Assembly (NCBI GenBank): GCA_965242865.1
Contig: CBDETK010000013.1
Location: 96,001 to 160,000 of the forward strand
From: Candidatus Latescibacterota bacterium
Lineage (GTDB): Bacteria; Latescibacterota; UBA2968; UBA8231
Direction of reading: 5' to 3'
DNA length: 64,000 nt
The notes under the pieces were generated by a model. The model made no database searches. It saw nothing but the letters and a program-made list of their open reading frames with translations, and had not been told where the DNA came from. The translations under genes were made by a program, and so were the position numbers. Positions 57,387 to 64,000 of the stretch are shown in pieces; positions within the stretch are counted from its first letter, which is position 1, and every line of letters begins with the position of its first letter.

Positions 57387-58730
57387 ATGAAGTTGAGAAC
57401 AATCGCCCTGCTCACGCTCGCGGCTTGTGGCACCGAACCGGAGCCGAGCTATGTCGCCCGCATTGGTGAAACCACCCTATCGCCGGAAGACTTTAGGGAG
57501 CGCGCCCAAAAGCTGCTGCAAACCGGCTACGAGCACCTCGAGGAGATCAATGCGGACGCCAAGCTGGAACTGCTCAACGGCGTGATCGCCCGCGCGTTGT
57601 TGGTGCGCGAAGGGCTGCGGCGCGGCCTCGACCGCGAGCCGAGCATTGCCCGCGCAGTTGAGCGCGCCGAGCAAAAGGCCGTGGTGGCCAAACTGTACGA
57701 GGAAGAGGCCCTGCGCGGCGAGTACACGTCAACCGAAGAGGAGCTGCGGGCTTTTGCCCAAGAACGCGAATACGATGTCGAGGTCTTGAGCCAGCACATT
57801 GTCTGCGCCACCGCGGAAGAGGCCGAGGAGGTGCTGGCGGCCCTGCGAGAGGACACTCCGTTTGAGGCACTGGTGCCCATTTATTCGACCGCGACCATCC
57901 AGCGGCGCTTTGGCCCGGCCGGTCGGTTGGGGTGGTTCAAGATGGGCGACATGTTGCCCGAGCTGAAGGAACCCCTGCGGACCATGGCCGCGGGGCAACT
58001 CTATCCCCGGCCCGTGAAGACCCAAATGGGCTTTCACGTCTTCCGGCTCGACGACCGGCGGCCCTTGGATTTTGCGACCCAACGCGCATGGATCGCAGAA
58101 AAAGCGCGGGTGCAAAAGCGGGCCGACGACATGGAGCAATACGTCCAGCACCTGCGCCGCGACTACGAGCTAACGGCCCACCCCGAGGCCATAGCAGCCT
58201 TGACCGCGCCCGCTGGCGAGGAGTGGGTGCTCTTTCGTTGGCGCGGTGGCCAACTGACCTCGGCCGCGTACTGGGCCGCCCTAGCCGCGAGCCACAGCCG
58301 GCTCGACAGCGCCGCTCGCTACAAGGCGGCCGAGAACTTGGCCGGGGTGCAGATTATGATGGCCGAGGCCCGCAAGTTGCAATACGACCGCGACCCCGCG
58401 GTGCGCACGCCGGTGGAGCGCCAGCGCGACGCGCTCATCGTCGATTGGCTCTACCGCACTGAGGGCCAAAAGGTGGCGCGCCAGCAGGCCATCACCGAAG
58501 AGACCATTCGCGCGTACTACGACGCCAACATTGAGTTGTTTACCCGCAGTGACGGCAAAGTGGCCGATCTATCCTTGGTCTATAACAGCATCGGCACCCT
58601 GCTGAGGCAGCAGGCGGCAACGCAGGCCATGGACGCCTTTATCGCACGGCTCCGCGAGCAATCCAGCGCGGATATTGAGATAAATACCGCTGCGCTGGCC
58701 GAAGTTGTTTTAGCACTCGACAGGCCGTAA
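57387..58730 (+). CDS. Parvulin/PpiC-type peptidyl-prolyl isomerase lipoprotein
   Basis: Lipobox LAAC; SQHIV, GRLGWF, PVKTQMGFHVF. Confidence 0.8.
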   Translation: MKLRTIALLTLAACGTEPEPSYVARIGETTLSPEDFRERAQKLLQTGYEHLEEINADAKLELLNGVIARALLVREGLRRGLDREPSIARAVERAEQKAVVAKLYEEEALRGEYTSTEEELRAFAQEREYDVEVLSQHIVCATAEEAEEVLAALREDTPFEALVPIYSTATIQRRFGPAGRLGWFKMGDMLPELKEPLRTMAAGQLYPRPVKTQMGFHVFRLDDRRPLDFATQRAWIAEKARVQKRADDMEQYVQHLRRDYELTAHPEAIAALTAPAGEEWVLFRWRGGQLTSAAYWAALAASHSRLDSAARYKAAENLAGVQIMMAEARKLQYDRDPAVRTPVERQRDALIVDWLYRTEGQKVARQQAITEETIRAYYDANIELFTRSDGKVADLSLVYNSIGTLLRQQAATQAMDAFIARLREQSSADIEINTAALAEVVLALDRP

Positions 58731-58745
58731 AGCTCGTGCCTTTCA

Positions 58746-58847
58746 CTAATCCATCTTGTGCGGATAACTCCGCTCCCACCCCACCGCACCAAACTCTTCA
58801 TCGGACCGCAGCGAGCCGCTTTCGGAGGCGTACACCAAGTTGTAATC
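58746..58847 (-). pseudogene. 3' remnant of a sulfatase-like gene, copy 1
   Basis: Encodes DYNLVYASESGSLRSDEEFGAVGWERSYPHKMD*; about 90/102 nt identical to 62671-62772. Confidence 0.65.
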
Positions 58848-58908
58848 AGCGGCGCGACCGATCACAAAGAGTGCGGGCTGCACTACAATGTATGAGAGGA
58901 ATCGCGCA

Positions 58909-59259
58909 ATGACCCACGCCTTGGAATGGCGCTACCACCGCCCTGGCTGACAAAGTTGCAAGCGCGCCCGAGAGTTTCTCGTGCAAAACAACATCGCCGA
59001 CGGCGTCGTGCAGAGCGCGACCAAAGAACCGATCTCCGGCCCGGCTGCCCTCGCCCTGCTGGAAGGCGCGACCGAGCTGTTCGTCGCCCAAGGGCAGCGC
59101 GTCCTCCGTTTTGACCTGACGGCGCAACGGCCGGCGGACGAGGAGTTGCTCCAGCTTCTATTGGGGCGTTCTGGCAAGCTCCGGGCCCCCGCGCTCCGCT
59201 GGGGGACGCGTCTTGTCGTCGGGTACAACCAAGCGCTGCTGCCGCTGGCGTTGGGTTAG
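58909..59259 (+). CDS. ArsC/Spx-like thioredoxin-fold selenoprotein (UGA at 58948 read as Sec; UxxC)
   Basis: RBS GAGAGGA; MTHALEWRYHRPG-UGA-QSCKRAREFL... in frame with the 58981 ORF; GRSGKLRAPAL..G..LVVGYN; hairpin CGAGA-GTT-TCTCG downstream. Confidence 0.8.
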
Positions 59260-59334
59260 ATGGAGAAAGGCATGTCGAGTTCGACCTTGACTTGCCGGAC
59301 CATTGTGGACGCCTTGAATTAGATGGAGAAAGAT

Positions 59335-60471
59335 ATGTCAAATTCGACCTTGGAAAATGATGTCTCCCTCAAGGAGGAAGAGAGCGATGTTGAAGAAGAG
59401 AAGGAGGACCCACAAGAAAGAATTACAACTCCATTTAACCCTGAGCAGATCAAAATTCGCACCACCCACATCGTCGTTGAACAGCTTATATCGCGCATTA
59501 AGCACGAGGAAATCAACCTAGCACCGGATTTTCAACGACAGGCCGGTATCTGGAACAAAGAGCGCAAGAGCCGCCTCATCGAATCGCTGTTATTACGCAT
59601 TCCTCTCCCGGTATTCTATGTCGCCGCAGACGAGTCTGAAAAGTGGTCGGTCGTTGACGGCATTCAGCGCATGAAGACCATCTATGACTATGTGACGGGT
59701 AAGTTCCCTCTGAGACGACTTGAATATCTAACCAAACTCAACGAATGTATTCACGAAAAACTGCAGAGGCCGTTGCAGCGACGAATCAGTGAGACCCAAC
59801 TCATCGTCAAAGTCATAGAGTCAGGGACCTCACCGGATGTGCTGTTCAACATATTTCGACGTATCAATACAGGTGGCATGACGTTGAACGGACAAGAGAT
59901 ACGCCATGCACTGAATCCTGGTCCTGTTCGGGGCTATTTGAAGGAACTCGCCGAATCCGACGAGTTCAAAAAAGCCACGGACGGTAGAATCAGCCCATTA
60001 CGGATGGTTGATCGGGAGTTCGTACTGCGATTCCTCGCTTTTCATATCATGCCGTGGGAAGAATACTCCTCCAGCGACCTCAATGGCCACCTTGTAAGCA
60101 CAATGAAGAAAATCAACCGCATGAGTGAGCGTGAACGCAACAACTTCGCTACTGATTTCAGGCGAGCAATGTTAGCGGCATTCGATGTATTCGGTGAGCA
60201 TACATTCCGCAAACCACCTAACACACCTGACGACCGCCGACCTCCAATTAATAAGGGTATTTTTGAGGCGTGGAGCGTTCAGTTTGCACGTTGTTCGCCA
60301 GAGCAAATAAGCGCACTTGTCGAGCAGCGGAATGAAGTCCAATGTCGTTTCAAAAAACTGGTGGCAGAAGATAGTGCCCTTCTAAAATCCATCTCCTATT
60401 CGACTGGATCGCCACAGCACGTACAGAAGCGATTCCAAGCAATTAAGCAACTTGTCAAGGAGTTCGTCTGA
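59335..60471 (+). CDS. DUF262 (ParB-like/GmrS) protein, Menshen NsnA-like
   Basis: PDFQR, SRLIESLLLRIPLP, VVDGIQR, IFRRINTGG..LNGQEIR. Confidence 0.9.
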   Translation: MSNSTLENDVSLKEEESDVEEEKEDPQERITTPFNPEQIKIRTTHIVVEQLISRIKHEEINLAPDFQRQAGIWNKERKSRLIESLLLRIPLPVFYVAADESEKWSVVDGIQRMKTIYDYVTGKFPLRRLEYLTKLNECIHEKLQRPLQRRISETQLIVKVIESGTSPDVLFNIFRRINTGGMTLNGQEIRHALNPGPVRGYLKELAESDEFKKATDGRISPLRMVDREFVLRFLAFHIMPWEEYSSSDLNGHLVSTMKKINRMSERERNNFATDFRRAMLAAFDVFGEHTFRKPPNTPDDRRPPINKGIFEAWSVQFARCSPEQISALVEQRNEVQCRFKKLVAEDSALLKSISYSTGSPQHVQKRFQAIKQLVKEFV

Positions 60472-61586
60472 TGCTTAGCAATATCAAGCTGATGCACTTC
60501 AAGTGCTTTGAGCAGTTGGATCTAAATTGCAAACAGCTCAATCTCCTCTGCGGTTTGAATGGGATGGGTAAGAGCAGCGTCATCCAAGCGTTGCTTATGC
60601 TCCGGCAATCGTCCGAAACAGGAGAATTGTCCGCCGGTAGGCTGGCCTTGAACGGCGAGCGAGGCGCTGTGGGTACAGGCGAGGATGTACTGTTTGAAGA
60701 CGCCGAGCGCGATGTGTTGGGATTCATGCTTGAGAGCAACAAAATAACAAGACCATGGAAAATGGAATTCGACTGCAGTAGAGAGGCTGATGTTCTATCG
60801 TCCAGCAAGGCTAAGGACGATAGATATAGCGAATGGCGTGATGTACCACCGTTTGGAGGAAAGCTCGTTTACGTGAATGCAGAACGGGTCGGCCCCCGGA
60901 AGTTGTACCCAGTCTCCACCGACGTGTTGACTAGGCGCGGAGATTTCGGTGAAAGCGACGAGTACGCGTGGGGCTATCTAAACCGCCATCAAAACGACCT
61001 TCTACAAGCCGACGACCCGCGTTGCATTGGCAGAGGAGAGCGTCCGCTATTCACCATTGTTGAGCAGTGGATGCAGGACGTGTGCCCCGGTGTTAATCTA
61101 CGACTGGAAGAGATGAGGGAGGTTGACGCGGTCATTGCCGGATTTAGGTTCGACCGAGAGGACGATGTGGCTTCCCACTGGTATCGGGCGACCAATGTCG
61201 GGTTTGGTCTATCGTACGCGCTGCCGGTCATCCTCGCCCTGCTTGCAAAGCCCGGCACACTATGCCTGATCGAAAACCCAGAAGCTCACCTACATCCTCG
61301 AGGCCAGACCAAGCTAGCCGAATTGGCAGCCCGTGCGTCGAAGGCCGGCGTTCAAGTGATTGCTGAGACCCATAGCGATCACTTCATGGATGGCGTACGA
61401 ATCGCGGTCCGCGACGGGCTTATCGAACCAGACGCCGCCACATTCCATTACTTTGAGCGCAAAGGCAATCAGACCGTCGTCTCTTCGCCACAGATAGACT
61501 CGGATGGGCGGTTGTCGTCGTGGCCGATCGGCTTCTTTGACCAGCACGACGAGAATCTGGCAAGGCTACTTGCACCAAAGGAATGA
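60471..61586 (+). CDS. AAA/ABC-type ATPase with DUF3696 C-terminus, Menshen NsnB-like
   Basis: GLNGMGKSS, NVGFGLSY, IENPEAHLHP, ETHSDH, WPIGFFDQ. Confidence 0.9.
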   Translation: MLSNIKLMHFKCFEQLDLNCKQLNLLCGLNGMGKSSVIQALLMLRQSSETGELSAGRLALNGERGAVGTGEDVLFEDAERDVLGFMLESNKITRPWKMEFDCSREADVLSSSKAKDDRYSEWRDVPPFGGKLVYVNAERVGPRKLYPVSTDVLTRRGDFGESDEYAWGYLNRHQNDLLQADDPRCIGRGERPLFTIVEQWMQDVCPGVNLRLEEMREVDAVIAGFRFDREDDVASHWYRATNVGFGLSYALPVILALLAKPGTLCLIENPEAHLHPRGQTKLAELAARASKAGVQVIAETHSDHFMDGVRIAVRDGLIEPDAATFHYFERKGNQTVVSSPQIDSDGRLSSWPIGFFDQHDENLARLLAPKE

Positions 61587-61587
61587 T

Positions 61588-62538
61588 ATGCGCGAGTTCG
61601 TACTGAATGAAGCTAGTATTACAGCCCCCGATCAGCGTACTGCGATAGATTGGCTCGCAGATATCGCCAAAGGGATGTCGTCACTCATTGTTGAGCAAGT
61701 CGTTCAGAACACGTTACGAACGAGCCCCCCTCCACAGGAGATACATTATCGAGACAATAGCTCGCTCTCGGAGGTAATTCTTGCACTGAGACAATGCGGT
61801 TTAGTGGACGAGCATCGGTTCCTCATGCGTAGTAGCGTTAAGTCCCCTCTGATAAACGAACTTGAACAAAGTGTCAAGGATCGGTTCCTCGCGTGTGGAG
61901 GACGGACGTTTCCATCGCCAGTAGGCGATTCCCTCGTCTTATGTGCCATCTCCGATCGGATCGCTGTCAGCTTTCCCTCTGATTCAGTCTGGAACAGCGA
62001 CCTAATTAAGGTTGACTTTTACGAACTGAAGGACGACGAAAGTGGCGAGGTAAGCGAGGAAGAAACGTTTGAAGAAATTGACAATCTCGCCCGCTCCAAT
62101 CACGCGCCTCCAATATGCGAACGCCATCGCCAGAGTCTTCGCGGCCAAATCAAGAGTTATGCAGAATTGTGGAATAACAGAAAACAGGCATTTCCAGATC
62201 TCCTATTCGGGCCGGACGTAGAGGATCATCTTACGGGACTGAATACCGGCCACTTGGAGACTGTCGTTCGCAAGCTAGCGAGTCTCAATGCTGCTGCCGC
62301 CGAGTGGCGCGATGTTGGCGGCGGCGCACCCCAGTGGAAGACCAAAGTGACTGACGAAAACGAGGCGTTGAAGAACAACGCCAGGGAGCGAGAAAAGCGT
62401 CGGTTCAGATCGTGCGATGGTACGCACCCACTGTTCCTGTGGCACACTCGCTTTGGCAGTGCTGGCCGAATCCATCTCCGTTTCGATTCAAGTTCGCGTG
62501 AAATCGAAATTGGCTACATTGGAAAGAAGCTGCTTTAA
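61588..62538 (+). CDS. Hypothetical third gene of the operon, putative effector with a RelE-like C-terminus
   Basis: ATG 1 nt after the upstream stop; C-terminal HTRFGSAGRIHLRF...IEIGYIGKKL. Confidence 0.7.
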   Translation: MREFVLNEASITAPDQRTAIDWLADIAKGMSSLIVEQVVQNTLRTSPPPQEIHYRDNSSLSEVILALRQCGLVDEHRFLMRSSVKSPLINELEQSVKDRFLACGGRTFPSPVGDSLVLCAISDRIAVSFPSDSVWNSDLIKVDFYELKDDESGEVSEEETFEEIDNLARSNHAPPICERHRQSLRGQIKSYAELWNNRKQAFPDLLFGPDVEDHLTGLNTGHLETVVRKLASLNAAAAEWRDVGGGAPQWKTKVTDENEALKNNAREREKRRFRSCDGTHPLFLWHTRFGSAGRIHLRFDSSSREIEIGYIGKKLL

Positions 62539-62670
62539 GATTAGCGTCGAGCCGCTTCAAGAGGTGCCCAGTGCCTTCGCATGGAGCGTTTTTCATAAGG
62601 CGAGCCGCTTTTTCTTTATACAAGAACCAAATCCAGAGTTTTGGTCCCACTTCAAGCACTTACCGCTCCC

Positions 62671-62880
62671 CTAATCGATCTTGTGCGGATAACTCCGCTC
62701 CCACCCCGCCGCCCCGAACGCTTTATCGGACCACAGCGAGCCACTCTCCGAAGCATACACCAAGTTGTAATCGTGTGAGGTCTGTACGGAGCGCATGATC
62801 TCGCGCCAGAGCGCGGCGTCCAAGCGCCGGTATTCGGCTGTGTGCGCCGCAGATTCGGCGAGGTTGTGCTGCTCTTGGGG
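62671..62880 (-). pseudogene. 3' remnant of a sulfatase-like gene, copy 2
   Basis: Encodes PQEQHNLAESAAHTAEYRRLDAALW...YPHKID*; PxExxNLA is typical of sulfatase C-termini. Confidence 0.65.
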
Positions 62881-63033
62881 AATTAGTAGGACTGGTCTTT
62901 GTTCTGGACGCGCTTTTCTTTTTCGAAAAGGCCCTGCATGTCTTTTTTCTCAATATTTTCTCAGTATCTTATATTGTAAGGTCATTTTCCCTGCTTCAGA
63001 CGACGAGCTGGACAGAGAACGCAATCAGCAAGA

Positions 63034-63239
63034 GCCCTGCTAAAGGGCGCGACCGAGCTATTCGTCGCCCAAGGACCGCGCGTCCTCCGCTTCGACCTGA
63101 CGGCGCAACGGCCGGCGGACGAGGAGTTGCTCCTGCTTCTATTGGGGCGTTCTGGCAAGATCCGGGCCCCGCGCTCCGCTGGGGGACGCGCCTAGTGGTC
63201 GGGTTCAACCAAGCACTGCCGCCGCTGGCGTTGGGCTGA
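63034..63239 (+). pseudogene. Duplicated 3' part of the ArsC-like gene with a 1-nt deletion
   Basis: Aligns to 59053-59259; C5 run reduced to C4; lacks the UxxC N-terminus. Confidence 0.85.
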
Positions 63240-63316
63240 GTGCTTTCAGCACAGCGGCCCCTATATTCCGGCGTCTTCATCGCCGTTTGCTTGGCCCCTT
63301 AAAGAGAGGATTTGCA

Positions 63317-64000
63317 ATGCTACATCATTCAACATGTACTACAAAAAACTTAATTATCAAACTAATAAAAAATTATGAGGAATGTTCTATTCACGCTGCA
63401 CTGCTTCAGCATTGGGCGAAGATCAACGAAATTCCCTTTTCTAAGTTCAAGCAGACGAATGCAGCCGCTCGTTTTCTAACAGCGTCTCATCTCAGCGAAG
63501 TGGAAAGCATTCGCCGAATACTAAGTCAGTCCATTTTCAAGCTATCTATAAAAGACATAGAGCGCATTTTTGAGGTTCTAATAGATTCTGGCAGACGCAA
63601 ATCTCAAGGAGCTTTCTACACACCTGATTTTATAATCGAATACTTAGTGCGACATGGATTACAGCTAGGCAATCACCGCAGGAAAGAAGCTCCGTTAATT
63701 TGCGATCCCGCTTGTGGGAGTGGTGGATTTCTCATACGGGCAGCAGAGATATTAAAAGACGATATTTCTCCCGATAGAGCATTTGCGGAATGCCTCGTTG
63801 GATTTGACAACGACCCTTGGGCCATTGAGCACGCTCGTTGTCTCATCGAGATCTTTTTGATTCTTCATGGTTTTGAGCTCTCCGGCATCGATTTGCGTCT
63901 CTTCTGCCGCGATACCCTACTTTGTTCTCACGAAAACTTATGGAACTTATCAGGTGCTTACAATGGATTCAATCTAGTTACGACAAACCCTCCATACGTC
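63317..64000 (+). CDS. N6-adenine DNA methyltransferase (Eco57I/TaqI-like R-M component), truncated by window end
   Basis: Manual translation: RKSQGAFYTP, DPACGSGGFL, FNLVTTNPPYV; RBS GAGAGGA; AT-rich. Confidence 0.9.
   Translation, partial: MLHHSTCTTKNLIIKLIKNYEECSIHAALLQHWAKINEIPFSKFKQTNAAARFLTASHLSEVESIRRILSQSIFKLSIKDIERIFEVLIDSGRRKSQGAFYTPDFIIEYLVRHGLQLGNHRRKEAPLICDPACGSGGFLIRAAEILKDDISPDRAFAECLVGFDNDPWAIEHARCLIEIFLILHGFELSGIDLRLFCRDTLLCSHENLWNLSGAYNGFNLVTTNPPYV

Noticed and set aside
1-64000. tRNA/rRNA genes, transposases, integrases, prophage genes
   Set aside because: None recognised by eye; a tRNAscan/Infernal run would be needed to exclude small RNAs

Overview
GC-rich bacterial chromosomal window. 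Gene content (CHU_C/FlgD-Ig-tailed secreted proteins, a WGxIK-tailed protein, DUF5916 and DUF6785-type proteins, CRTAC1/TPR pair, internalin-like LRR lipoprotein, futalosine pathway) suggests an FCB-group organism such as Ca. Latescibacterota, possibly host-associated; this placement is inference. The backbone carries an MCE/Mla-type ABC operon, folA, aspC, nadC, a sugar ABC transporter, kduD, mqnB/mqnD, purM and sugar-catabolic oxidoreductases. Many small lower-GC cassettes are interleaved, several bounded by imperfect direct repeats. The strongest signal is at 58.7-64 kb: an ArsC-like gene with an in-frame UGA (UxxC, likely selenocysteine), plus repeated 3' remnants of that gene and of a sulfatase-like gene. 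These delimit tandem defence cargos: a DUF262/AAA-DUF3696/effector Menshen-like operon, then an N6-adenine methylase. Other highlights are a TIR gene paired with a tandem-duplicated winged-helix-like gene, a frameshifted AlbA_2 gene flanked by repeats next to a lone type I-E CRISPR-like repeat, a 12-kb operon of CTD-tailed surface proteins, a GH26 lipoprotein lacking both catalytic glutamates, a G17 tract upstream of the LRR gene, and a three-motif intergenic region with two unannotated small ORFs. No tRNA, rRNA, transposase or integrase was recognised. All family assignments are by motif recognition, not database searches.
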